Assembly: GCA_050575255.1 (NCBI GenBank)
Contig: JBNZDD010013714.1
Coordinates: forward strand, 8,615,851 to 8,679,850
Length of the DNA stretch: 64,000 nt
Reading direction: 5' to 3'
Source of the DNA: Harriotta raleighana
Taxonomy: Eukaryota
Part shown: positions 13,150-25,862 of the stretch, one piece after another
Layout of the letters: the number at the start of each line of letters is the position of its first letter
Position numbering within the stretch: position 1 is the first letter of the stretch
Notes under the pieces: model-generated
What the model saw: only the letters and a program-made list of their open reading frames with translations
Told to the model about the DNA's origin: nothing
Databases searched by the model: none
Program-made: the position numbers and the translations under genes

Positions 13150-15063
13150 TAATTCGATCTTTACCCACAAGTGTGATACTATTATCTGTTGCAATAAAAG
13201 CCTTAAAATGAGTGTAGATGCAATTAAGACACATCATTTTGTTTTGGTCAGCCAAATGCCTGACACCTGTGGAAACCTATCACCAATTGTAAAAGTATTC
13301 AAATCAGACCATAGATATATACAGTACCACTAAATCAAGTCAATTTTTGCATATCTGAAATTGAATTAATGTGCAGGCTGAAGAGTATTAGCGTAGGTTG
13401 GTACAAGGGAAGGCTGGGGATAACCAGAGTGTGTGTTGGGGTAACTAACTGCTGGGTAACTAACTCCAGCAGTTAGTTACTCCAACACCCCGTAGCTTGC
13501 CATTGAAAGCACTATCTAGCAAGCTTCCGGCTAATTTGTCCATCTAGGACCACCATATCTGTTTTGCCAAGCACTTTGGGACGTCTTCACAATGTGAAAG
13601 CCACTACATAAATGTAGATTGTATTGTTAGAGCTTTAGTTTATAGGATTGGACAGATAATAATTATCTAATTCTTCTAAAGATAAGTGAATTGTCTGATT
13701 TTGAATATTTAATTTTGTTTCATCAAACTAAATGAAAAACAACAAACCCAGAATCAAGCTGAGCAGCTAAAATCCCTTTTAGGTAATCGAAATTAATCAT
13801 TCTTGCAGTTGGTATAGCGCCTCATCACATTGCCATGGCAATTCAAAGGAATTGCTGTAAAGTGTTGAGGCAATATTTTGTAAGTGAACTTTTTTCCTAA
13901 ATAGTACAAGTCAATAGAAGTATTGTGTGGACAAGAAATGATCAAAGGCGGACTGCGAAATGGAAATAGGAGAACATACCTTGTTCTCGGTGAGGAAGTT
14001 CTCTAGCAGCAATGGCTGAGCATTAATGAAGACACTGAGACATTTGAATTAAATAAAATCATCTGCTTAAGAACTGAAGATCAAATCAGTAAAGGGGGCC
14101 CATAGATANTAATTCGATCTTTACCCACAAGTGTGATACTATTATCTGTTGCAATAAAAGCCTTAAAATGAGTGTAGATGCAATTAAGACACATCATTTT
14201 GGTCAGCCAAATGCCTGACACCTGTGGAAACCTATCACCAATTGTAAAAGTATTCAAATCAGACCATAGATATATACAGTACCACTAAATCAAGTCAATT
14301 TTTGCATATCTGAAATTGAATTAATGTGCAGGCTGAAGAGTATTAGCGTAGGTTGGTACAAGGGAAGGCTGGGGATAACCAGAGTGTGTGTTGGGGTAAC
14401 TAACTGCTGGGTAACTAACTCCAGCAGTTAGTTACTCCAACACCCCGTAGCTTGCCATTGAAAGCACTATCTAGCAAGCTTCCGGCTAATTTGTCCATCT
14501 AGGACCACCATATCTGTTTTGCCAAGCACTTTGGGACGTCTTCACAATGTGAAAGCCACTACATAAATGTAGATTGTATTGTTAGAGCTTTAGTTTATAG
14601 GATTGGACAGATAATAATTATCTAATTCTTCTAAAGATAAGTGAATTGTCTGATTTTGAATATTTAATTTTGTTTCATCAAACTAAATGAAAAACAACAA
14701 ACCCAGAATCAAGCTGAGCAGCTAAAATCCCTTTTAGGTAATCGAAATTAATCATTCTTGCAGTTGGTATAGCGCCTCATCACATTGCCATGGCAATTCA
14801 AAGGAATTGCTGTAAAGTGTTGAGGCAATATTTTGTAAGTGAACTTTTTTCCTAAATAGTACAAGTCAATAGAAGTATTGTGTGGACAAGAAATGATCAA
14901 AGGCGGACTGCGAAATGGAAATAGGAGAACATACCTTGTTCTCGGTGAGGAAGTTCTCTAGCAGCAATGGCTGAGCATTAATGAAGACACTGAGACATTT
15001 GAATTAAATAAAATCATCTGCTTAAGAACTGAAGATCAAATCAGTAAAGGGGGCCCATAGATA
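13150..15063. repeat. ~955-bp direct tandem duplication around a single N (13150-14108 / 14110-15063); likely assembly artefact
   Basis: Copies look identical by eye except a 5-bp indel (catcattttgttttggtcag vs catcattttggtcag); N at 14109. Confidence 0.95.
13433..13488. repeat. 56-bp inverted repeat (23-bp arms, 1 mismatch); second copy at 14388-14443 inside the duplication
   Basis: GTGTTGGGGTAACTAACTGCTGG-gtaactaact-CCAGCAGTTAGTTACTCCAACAC. Confidence 0.9.
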
Positions 15064-15749
15064 CAGAACTATCTAAACTACTGTGCTTGTGGCTCCCAAA
15101 TGTTTGGTTACAACTAAATTTTAATGTTCACACTAAAGAATATTTAATCTGCTAGTTACCAGTTTTTACCCCAAATCTGACATCAATGTGAAGAACAGGT
15201 GGATATGCTTGAAATATTGAACACAAATGGATAGGTTAATAGGTTGATGGGGTGAGGGGTGAGAAACACCACAAAAAAAAAGTGATGAAGATTGCCCAAT
15301 CTATTTACAATCCACAAATCTGAAGGAATAGTCAGGATTATGTTCTTTAAAAGGAAACCAGCTTGTAGGCACGTTTAAATGCCAAGGTTTGCATTCTGCA
15401 TAGAGTGATTAAACGTGATCCTGGGTTTCACCGTCCACCCAAATCGCAGAAAGTGAAAGTGTCTAGATTTTTTTTTAGCCTGTAGCACCACAGCATATTT
15501 ACTCACACTGTGACATGTCTTCTGGCTCTTCTAACAAACTGCTCCTATTTTTCCATGGTGTTTTACTGTAATGTAGCATCCGCCTCACTATATCATGCCG
15601 TTCGGCAGGCTCACAAACAGCACTTATAAAGAGGATCTGCTACATTATTACTGCTGGATAAAATTATGTGGAGATCGTATTCCATTTAAAGATAAAATAT
15701 CTCATTCTCAAGCAGTGGAGAAAACTGGCCATAATGGTTAAGGTGCTTT

Positions 15750-16340
15750 GAGGACAGAGCTCAATAAATGAAGGTTTAAATTTTTACTAAAGGACAAAAT
15801 TTCACAAGTAGCAATGCACATCAGAACAAACGTCAGCAAATAGACAAGGTCAGATGAAACAACGGCCGGACAACAGTCAAGACGAAAAGATAGTTTCACA
15901 TAGTCAACAACCCGACAGGATTGGCAATGCAACCAAAGGCAGGCTGTCAGTTATATAGGAAAAAAACAGAAATACTGTATCTCTGTCTCTAGTGGTGACG
16001 GTAGCTATCAACAGTGAGTGAGAAATGGTTAAGACAAGACAAAGAGATTAACTCCACAAAAAAGTCTATTACTGAACAAGAAAAACACATATGGAGCCTG
16101 ACACATGAAGAAATACTTCATTCTGAAGTAATGGGGCCACCAAACAGCAGTGGTTGAGCCCTTGTGAAGACAAAGAGATAATTTCTACAAAAACGAAGCT
16201 TTGAGAAAACTGGTGAGGTTTATGTCAGTCAAAGCACACAGGGAAATGGATGCCAGGGGGATTTGAAGCGATTACGCCTTCTATCCTTCAAAATGGTGGA
16301 ACCAGATCCTAAACCTATTGAGGAAAGGATAATATAATGT
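15750..16340 (+). mobile_element. Possible highly decayed LINE ORF2 fragment
   Basis: A-rich, coding-like + strand with stops; PSKWWNQILNLLRKG (16285-16329) resembles the PKKWW motif of the EN-RT linker. Confidence 0.3.
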
Positions 16341-16802
16341 TAAGAGAATGGATACCAGTTCCACTATTATCCCCTACTCCAGCAGCAACAACAAAATTAT
16401 ATTTGTATGGGGAGGACATCCCAAGGCATTGAAAGACCTTCTCTCCTTCCAGAATTGCTGCGTCAATGCACAAATTCCTGACTACTTATTACAGTACTTG
16501 AGTCTCGTCATTGACACCATTATTTGGTTAAAGATTCTCACTTGCAATTCCACACGATTGCTTGTTTTCACCATTCTGACATACAATATGAAACTGTTGC
16601 AATTTTTTTGTTAATGATCGTTTCTCATTAATATGCCTCTACTAATAATTACTTTCAGTGTGAACAGGCAACACTTAGGCTGTCATCAGAATAGTTAAGG
16701 CATTTTGCTTTTGAACGATCAAAGGCTGAAAAAAAAAGGTTGCAAACGAGGAAAGGTGTGTATGTGTGTACGGTGTTCATTAAACTTAGATTCAAAGACG
16801 AT

Positions 16803-16930
16803 CATAATAATACTCCAAAGGATAATGTTTGCATTTGATATATCTCTTTATCACATCTTCGAGACATCTCAAAGTGCTTCACAGTAAATACTCTAAGTTA
16901 AATTGTCTATATTTTGTGGGCAATGACCTC
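16803..16930 (-). mobile_element. SINE 3' tail fragment
   Basis: tttgcatttgatatatctctttatcacatcttcgagacatctcaaagtgcttcacag. Confidence 0.75.
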
Positions 16931-19900
16931 AAGAAACTTAAAGGAGATGATCTTAAGAAGAACAGCATTGTTTGTCTTTGGAGAATTAAAACAAAAATTC
17001 ACACAAGGCAGCAAAGTGGAGCTCGCTTTGAGAGACAGTCGATTGCTATAACCATCATTGTTTTGTGGGCTGTGAATGCTTTCAGCCGAAAGTATTCTCA
17101 TCCAATGGATATTGTCCTTGGTTCTCTTACTTGATTTCTAAATTTGAACATTTGAGGCAGTCACTGGAGACTTGCTACATTTAGTCTCCCAGCTTGAAAA
17201 GAGTGGCTGTGCTCATATATGTGGTGGGCCTGTCAGCACGCAGATCTCATTGTTTTGAGTGGGAATTAGCATCGTTCCTGGAATGCTTGACGGATGCCAA
17301 TCCTAGCACACCAGAGGCATTAGGAAATTCAGTACTGGCTGGGTTCCACCTTTTGTCTGTCCTTAATAATACTAAGGATGAAATGTGAAATTAACGTACA
17401 ACATAAATTGACCAAAATTGAGCAATTTTCGATTGGCTCTATAATATGTAAATGTTGTCCAATTGAAACATTTTAGCCTAACCCTTTACAATATTACACT
17501 GTTGTATGTTAAGTGGCATAAAACATCTCTTTGTGCATACATGACAATATATTTTATTATCCGCCACATCTGGCAGCATCGTAGCATTGGATACAATCTG
17601 AATGTTTTAATGTGTTTTCACATTCTTTGCTCCATTCTGATGGTAAATTTTAAAATCTAGCATTTAATTTTAAACACAAAACTACTGTCTCTGAACCTGA
17701 AGAGAGCAAAATCTCTCTGAGTGAAGCAATCAAATAGAGATGGTTTACTTACTTTATTAGATTCCTATTTTGAGTTTGATCTGTACAAACTATTGTAAGT
17801 GAAAGTCACTAATCATTGCTATGCTTTAGAACGAATAATTAATTCTAAATATGCATCTTGTTTGGTACATTTCAGTCACTGGTGTTTGAAATTAGAATAG
17901 GTTATTTTTATTATTAAAATAGTTTATTTTATAAAATGCTAAACATTGCGACAACATCTTCTAAATATTTTACCACACAAACAAACATCCACATATTCTT
18001 AATATAGCCTTAAAAGTTCTATCCTTGGTTTAAAGTAAGATGTGCTGTTAACGATCTTTACGGGGCATACACTAAAGTACACTGAAAATAGTCGGTATTT
18101 AATAATTAAGTAATTCCACTACTTAACTTCCAATTTACTCCCCCCCCCGTTCTGATCCCTACTTGATTGTAGGGAAGTGGGACATCTGAAAAGCGCTATA
18201 TAAATGTAATTTTGATTAATTGATTGAATTTCTTTTTACATAAATAAGGAGCAAAATTGGAGCGTATGAAAGCAACTATATCAGTTGGTGAGATTTATAA
18301 ATGTTCACCATTGGATACCTTCCTACTTTTGCTGTAGCAACTGAGACCTTTGTTTATAAGCCATGCTGACCATCATCAATTCATGCCAACTTCCGAATGA
18401 ATTAGGAGATATAGCCTGCTTGCTCAATGGGCCAATATGTACAGCTGTGGGATTATTTGCCATCCTGACTGCTTTAGTTGCTGTTTCATGCCAGGAAATA
18501 CGGCTGGAAATATGTTACAAAAGCCTTACAACAGTCAACCTCAATCACTCAATTCTAATGGCAATCACTTGACAGACTACAGGACGTAATGGGATTCCAG
18601 AACATTCTGTGTACATAGCCAAATGATTACAGGTTAGAAGGAATGTGGTTTGTGCTGACCCACAGACAGCTGGCTCATAATGTCCATCAGTTTTACTTCT
18701 AAGTAGTCAGGGCAGGTCATCTGGCGTTACAGAGCATAGTACACAGATATTCACTTAGGCAATTTCCAAGAAGATGTCATTCCGTTGCATAAAAATTCTA
18801 GATGTAAATTACATGCTATTCAAAATAATTAGCTAGCTCTTATAAAACCCCTTGGGAAGGATGGTATCATATTTACGCTGCATCTCACCTGACATATTAA
18901 CCCATCGTAGCTCTCTGATATGCAGTCTGTGCAGTCTTACAGCTCAGTTGAAGTGCATCCTCCCAACGTTCTTGGTTTAGAACGTGGGAAACTGCACATC
19001 TCTAAACTCTGTTCTCCAAATTAAAAGAGGAGGTTAAATCATTTTATATTTCACTATCCTTTGTGGTGCAAATATTTTACAACCAAATAATCTGAATGAT
19101 ATTAAGAAACCTTTGTTATTTCATCATGGGACCATAGTGCACTGAACAGTGCATCCTTTATAAAATGACAAGGCTCCCAATATTACTTGTAAAGACATTT
19201 CATTATAAATAAATTCTTAAGCAAAGCCTAATGAGATTGCTGAATCGTAAAATAAAAACTCCAGCCTTTTGGATACTCTCATCTTCATTCCTACCGAAAG
19301 CTTATTCAGCAAACCAAAATGCCACAGCATTTCCTCAATCTCCAGTGCTGTAGATTTGTATCTGCACACAAAAGATTTACAATCAGGTATTAGCAAGCTG
19401 AAACATTTTGCTCATTAAAAAGCAAGCCACTTCATAAATACGACTGAAAGATGTGAAGGCACATGCAAACTAGAAGGAAACAATTGGAAGGTGCAATTTT
19501 CAGTTAGTCCTGCTGGTTTTCCTCTGTCTGCTATACTTGATTTACATCAATTAAATCCAACACATAAGGTATCATATCATATCAAGGCTAATAACCCAGA
19601 AATAACCTCATTAAAAAAAGGACAGCTTATCGGTCTAAGCAGAATGAACTCTTAGCAGAAAAACTACTGACCTGGAAAGAGTAAGAAAAGCTAATAGCAG
19701 AGCAGGAGAAAGATCATTTTGATCGCCAAATCCGTGTAGAAATTTCTGCAAGTTGCACGATGTAGCTTGAAAATTATTCAATTTCTTCACCTTAATAGGT
19801 AAATAATGGAGGAGTTAAATGTATTTCAGAGCAACTCCTCTCGTGTCATATGTCAGTATGTTTAGCTAACACCATTACCTTATGAGTTAGTTAATTTATA

Positions 19901-21269
19901 ATTGCAAAGATTTAAACAGCCTGGAATGAACAGAGGGTGTAACAATTAATATCACTGTATAATTGTAGTAATTCTTTTTTGAATTATCAGGGTCACGATC
20001 CATATTATTTTGCAGTTTTATTTAAAATCATATCAAGTTGCCTCACAGAGGTGAATAGGTTCTTCAATGTTGTTTTTATCTTTACAGTGAAAAACATGTT
20101 ATTCAAACCAGAAAAGATATTGTAAAGTAATAATTGCAAAAATGCCCTCACGCATTTTGATATCTTTCAGGTTGCTTCAACTGGGGAAATTAGCATCTGA
20201 GCATTCTTCTTCATTAAGAAATATGAAATATAAAAACTCATGTGAGTGTTGCAAGTTGCGACAAAAGCACACATAATTCTCAATAAAAAAGGAGAAATCA
20301 GTGTGTCCTTTAGATAAAAATGAGATACTTCCCAATCAATTTTAATTCAGTAGGGTTTGAGTTTCCCAACAAAAACATGTTTTTTTTAAGATTGCAACAG
20401 ATGACAAGAGTGCCTTTAACTTGCCCCTGACTAAGGAATGATAGGCAGAAGATCTTGGGCTTCATACAAATATTGCTTCCTCCTTTTGTCTCAATACTCG
20501 AAGGCACTCAGATGAGCTTTATCAAACCAATATCTTCCTTACCTTGTCAATGCCATCACATTGAAGGCAGGTAATCTGGTTAGATTTTTTAAAAAGGGGT
20601 TAAGTGTAGTTGATTCCATCAAGTAATTACTAAGGATTACAATAGTCCTCCAAAATTGCAATTGTTTTTATAACAATATTTGATAGTTTCCCTTGAAGTA
20701 CGGTATAAAACGATCCTCAAATTGATTTGGATTGGGGGTTTAGGCATGAATCTGTATGATGGTTTACATTCACACATGTGATTTAATTGTCCTGATCATT
20801 GAATATGTATATACAAGTGAATTTTTAAAATTTTAATATTTGCATAGCTTGTGATTTGCAACTTGCTGTTGAATTGCATCTTTGTAAACCGTTTTATATA
20901 TATTTGTTAAGAGAATAATCTTCGTACCTGAAATCTTTTGTTTTGTACAGATAAAATTTGTGGTTGAACTTGCAATAACAGGTGGCTATCAATCACACAT
21001 TGTGTGTAGAGTAACAACACCCCTGTTAAAGTTCAGTCAAGATTTCTCGAGTTAAGACTCCATTCACTTTTTTCAGTAGTTTGACAAAATTGGACCTAGA
21101 ATTTTTTTAATATTTTAAGTAAATGGGGAAGGGTTGTACACTCAAAGTCATAAATGCCTAGGTTGCTTCTCCAGCTTTGAACCAACCTTGACTGTGACAA
21201 CCCTTTAATTGGCTCTTGTGAGCATTCCTATCTTACAATTGCTGACTCTTCACTATTATCCTTTCTCAG

Positions 21270-21377
21270 GTTGGAGCGGCAATTTCATAAACAAGATCAC
21301 AGAATTCAAACGCTGAAGCTTATTCCTTTCAAAGAATGTGAAAGCTTAGATTTACGCATGCCCCATGAAAAATTACG
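21270..21377 (+). CDS. Candidate 108-nt internal exon (phase 2-2), product unknown
   Basis: Acceptor ttatcctttctcag|G, donor CG|gtaaat; open frame LERQFHKQDHRIQTLKLIPFKECESLDLRMPHEKL; protein not recognised. Confidence 0.25.
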
Positions 21378-21899
21378 GTAAATATCAAATCCGAGATTTA
21401 ATTGGAAATGTATATTTTTCTCCCAAATTTGGCTATTTGCACTTATGTTCTTGTCATGAACAAAGTTGCTTCCACACATTCTCTAATCCTCTTAGGGCCA
21501 ATAATATCTTCACTGATTTTCCATCAAAATGAATCACAATCTTCACCAGAACTTCCTTTGCTCTCCACAGCGGGGGTCTCCACAGCACCAGTCAGTACAA
21601 CAAGATCCAGTAATGGGTATTGGGAATATGACAATATCTGGACTTTAGAACAGAGACAAGATCATAAGCAACTTAGCTGAACTACTCAGATGCGTGAAAC
21701 CTTCCCACATTTCAGATTCGCTGGTGAACCATTCATCAGCTTGGAAAAGAAAGGGAACTCAGTTGAGGTGGAAGGTTACCCTTGGGAACCACATACCTCC
21801 ATGAGTCAGTAAATTGGAGAGAGCTGAAGAGAAAATTGGAGGAGATAAAATGATTAAAAAGACTAAAAGTAAGCAAGAGTTCTTGACTGTGATAGAGCT

Positions 21900-22680
21900 G
21901 TTGTCCTTGTGGATCAGACCAATGATTGGCACATTATTATAGCTCCCACTTATGCTTTTGACTGGGTGAAGGATAGCTTCAGAATTGCCGCAACTCAAGA
22001 AGCGACCAGTTCAAGAGCAATGTTTGACTTGAATGGTTTCAATACATTACATTTTACAAGCAATCATAGCCTTTGGGTCAACCTGACACACTAGCTATCT
22101 GTGAATCATTTGTAGTGATAAACAAGGTGTACAAATTCCTTCCAATAATATTTTTCAACAACACTATGGTAGCTGTCCTGCCCTCTGTTCCGGGAGAAAG
22201 TTAGTAACCTCTCACAAGCAATGTTTGAAATGAAGAACCTTTTGAAGTTATTTGTATTTCTCAAAAGAGAAGGTGTTTTTGCACAAGTGCTTTCCAGTCT
22301 CCATTTGCTGATAGCTTCTGCTGTGACTATTTGTCATCAAGTGAACCTAATTATCCACTTCTGGAAATATCATTGTTCTGATTAGCGACTTCAACCACCG
22401 CTTTGAGACGCTATAGCTATTTAGATCTAGAACTGACCAACTGTTCGATTGCCCAAGAGCATTCAACAAAGCATTCAACTATTCACATGGGCTAATATCT
22501 TCAGGATATCTGAGCATCACTATGTTTGTATCCAAATGCTTTGTTGTTAGTATCTCAAAGGGAATGCTAAATGTAAGATTTGGCTGTATGACAGGAGCAT
22601 TTGGAACAATCACAAGGAGGAGAGTTCCTTTAAAGATGTGGCCCATCAGCTGGTGGTTTATAGATGTGTAACTCTTTCCG
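21900..22680 (+). pseudogene. Fossil non-LTR retrotransposon APE endonuclease region (CR1/L2 group), frameshifted
   Basis: Motifs in the expected order: FDLNGFNTL, FEVICI (22241), IIVLISDFN (22369-22395, GDFN-like), ISEHHYVCI (22506, SDH-like), KIWLYDRSIW (22575, post-EN linker). Confidence 0.6.
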
Positions 22681-23506
22681 CAATGTCCAACTGAATTTGA
22701 TCCTTTTTTGTCCTGGGGGTCCTAATAACATTATCATTGATGTGGAAGATGCCTTGTCTACTGCAGTTGTGAAAGCAGAATCATTTCCTCCACATACATC
22801 CATTCAGTAGAATGCTATTGAACAAAATGGACACAATCTCTTAGTGCTGGCCTGGAAGGAATTGGAAGCATCAATGCACCATCAGGCAAAGTGCATGCAG
22901 ACTTGCCATTAGACTGCCAGCAATAGATGCTTCACTTCCTGGAATAATGGGAATGAATCACAAATGCCTTTCTCCATGAAACCAGTAGGTTTAAGAAAAC
23001 GATAGGGATCTAAATGAATAACAAATGCCCTCCTTTCCTCTTCACCATAATAACAGGGATATTCAGAGTAACAAAGACTTTGTCATTTGACATGGAAAAT
23101 TCACGTGGACTGAATGAATGATGATCAAATCATGGTTTCATTTTTGTTTGAATTTTCATCCTAATGGTTTCACAACTTTTTAAAAAAAGATTAATTGGCC
23201 CATTCACATAAAGTTGCTATTATATAGAGAGATACATATCAAACTCTTTAAGATTGATCAGAAGCTTCTTAAGAATGTCAGTCTAATTTTCCAATAGCTA
23301 TGCGATGGTATATTCTGCAATACATGTAAGCAGAATACTCCATGCACATTACCCATCAATTTATGAGCACTTTGACATGTCCTACTAATATAAAAGGTGT
23401 AAATTGTAAATGTAAATTGTGTGGTATAGAATAACATGCTTATTTTTACTGAATGTGATCGTTTTAATGAGAAAACAGTTTATGAATCAACTGTTAATAA
23501 TAAGCA

Positions 23507-23542
23507 GGTTACATGGGTTCAAGTGTTTGCACCCATGTAACC
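23507..23542. repeat. Hairpin with perfect 12-bp stem
   Basis: GGTTACATGGGT-tcaagtgtttgc-ACCCATGTAACC. Confidence 0.85.
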
Positions 23543-24239
23543 AGTGAGAAGATGGTGATAATATTTGTAGTTAAAAACAATGTGTGAATGACACTGGTGG
23601 ATAGAAATTATAGGTTTATTCTAGTGTGCGATCTGATTTCAGAACATGAAAATTACAAGGTTCTTTTTCAGCGAGAAAACATAGCAGATATTCATCATAT
23701 CCTGTACACTTCATACAATGCACATAGACAGAAGCTGTTTATTAGTAAATAGAAATAAGTATTGGTGAATATAAATTGCTGTTCCATTTTATTTACCCCC
23801 ATTTTATTTCATAGAATCTATCAAACGCATTTGCAATCATACAGTCACCTACATTGTGGACTGGAATAAAGATGAACCATTTTTACACAAATATATTTTT
23901 ATTTTTATATATATTATTCATAAGATGTACAAACCTAGGATATTTCTATTAAAGATAGACATCCATACAGGGTCAAAAAGTGGAGCAGCAGACTTTAACT
24001 AAACACAACAAAGGATTGTAAAATGTGAGGGTCCATTAATCTGTATCTATAAGACAACTAATCAATTAACATGAGGGATTCCAAAATTAGCCCGATTGTA
24101 ATGAAGTATGAAACGCAGATTAATTTACAAAATTTTCAATGCTTAGTGAACAACTTAATAATTGCTTACAACAGATATCTGTAAATGTCATAATGTACCG
24201 GAAGTCTGATAAGAAGACTGCTGCATTGTGATTCCCTGG

Positions 24240-24760
24240 CCAAAATGAAACAATCTTATGTTAAATACATCAGAAGAGCCTATTATATGGAGTGGTAGAA
24301 TTCAATATCTTCATATTGATGGTTTATCACTGGATCAGGCTGTCTTCTCTTGCTATGATAAAACAAACTTTGATGCAGTTCAATTGAATTACAACAAGGG
24401 GATCTGGACCTCCCTCTTGATGAGCATTGAGGTTTATGGCACTGGTATGTATATTTGCCCAAATTGTCAAAGTAGCTATTTATTTAACCTCATTTAGCAG
24501 TCATTCTGGCAGCAATAAACGTAACTGTTCGAATACAAGTTACAATCAGCCCAAACATGATATCTTACCAACTCCAAAATGCAATGACTGATTATTGCAA
24601 TGGAACAATTAAGTGGCAATAAGGGTTGCACTCTCTGAATAGAGTGCATGAAGGCATATCCTGGTCCAACTTATTGATGGTGAAGTTATCGATGGTGGCT
24701 CAGCCTTTCATGTGCGATGTGGATAACTATAAGCACATTGGAATGACACGAAAAGACTGC
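24240..24760 (+). pseudogene. Second fossil LINE ORF2 fragment (EN C-terminus, linker, possible RT C-terminal piece)
   Basis: GLSLDQAV (SDH-like), YDKTNFDAVQLNYNKGIWTSLL (YxKANF...DW-like linker, from 24354), VDNYKHIGMT (24719, YKYLG-like). Confidence 0.4.
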
Positions 24761-25730
24761 AGAGTTTGAATTTCTTCTTATCTGTCAATCTCAACAAGTA
24801 ACTGACAAGGGAACCACTGTTCATGAATCCTTGATCCTGCTGAGAAGATGCTGACAAAGCTCTTCAAGTAGAGGCCATTGCAGAGAGAGGAAGGACACGT
24901 TCGGCACAGCAAAACTCAGGTAACTCACAATTCTAGTTAGTCACAGTAATTAAAGGCAAACACACTTTGTACCAACCATACCTAGTGGAATGGTAAATAG
25001 ATATGATGTATACAGACACCAAAATAAAATATTTACATGGGTAAACAACTCTCATCACTGATTTAAAGAAAATCTCTTCAGATTAAATAAATGTCTTTGA
25101 ATGTTTTAAATCCACATTACAACCATTGAGTTGACACTGATGTACTAAAAATTGTCCTGTGCAATCTGTAAAATTGACACTAGACCAATGTCACACCCAT
25201 CAGAACCTCGAGACATGAATGAGGAATGATAGAGAAGCAGAGAGATTGACAACACCACTAACCTTGTGCATAGCACTTTAATTAAAAGGAGAAGCCAATT
25301 TCATTATTAAACAAATAAATAATTTATCTAAGAAAGGGAGAAAAGAATACATACTTTATAATATTTGTCAAGTAATCAGCATTTCTTAGTCAGTTTGAAT
25401 ACTGATATCCTTTGATTTACATGCATAGCTTTGAGCGAATCAGCTGATTTACATAACTTCACATTGTTTATGGAATAAAGATTTTGAGTTAAATCAGCTG
25501 TCATGGCATAATCATTACTCTTTACTTGAAGTTTTTTTTCTTTTGGGAAGTTATTTTTATTTTTAATTGTGTTTGATGAATTATTCAGGAATGAAGTGTA
25601 TTCACTAACCCAGATGTAAATGGGTGAGCAATGTTTCTCAGTACACATTGCAGTTTAATAATTTTTTTAAATTCCTGGTGATTTTCTTTTACTTATTACG
25701 GTACTATTATTTTAATTTCTGGGGTTCCAG

Positions 25731-25862
25731 GCTAAAGCCAGACCAGTTGCACTTGGTCTATTTTCCGGTGGGAAGAAGCAACATTGCATTTTAAAGATGT
25801 TTGGGGAGTTGGTTTCCTGCAACACCCAAGAGTGTTCTGAAAATGCCATGGATGGTGGCAGT
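25731..25862 (+). CDS. Candidate 132-nt exon (phase 0-0), product unknown
   Basis: ttccag|GCT...AGT|gtaagc; only one frame is open: AKARPVALGLFSGGKKQHCILKMFGELVSCNTQECSENAMDGGS; not recognised. Confidence 0.15.

Noticed and set aside
20171-20241. 71-nt exon candidate (ctttcag|...CAT|gtgagt)
   Set aside because: Ends in phase 1, incompatible with the 21270 candidate; the intervening 20951-20981 candidate has an in-frame stop.
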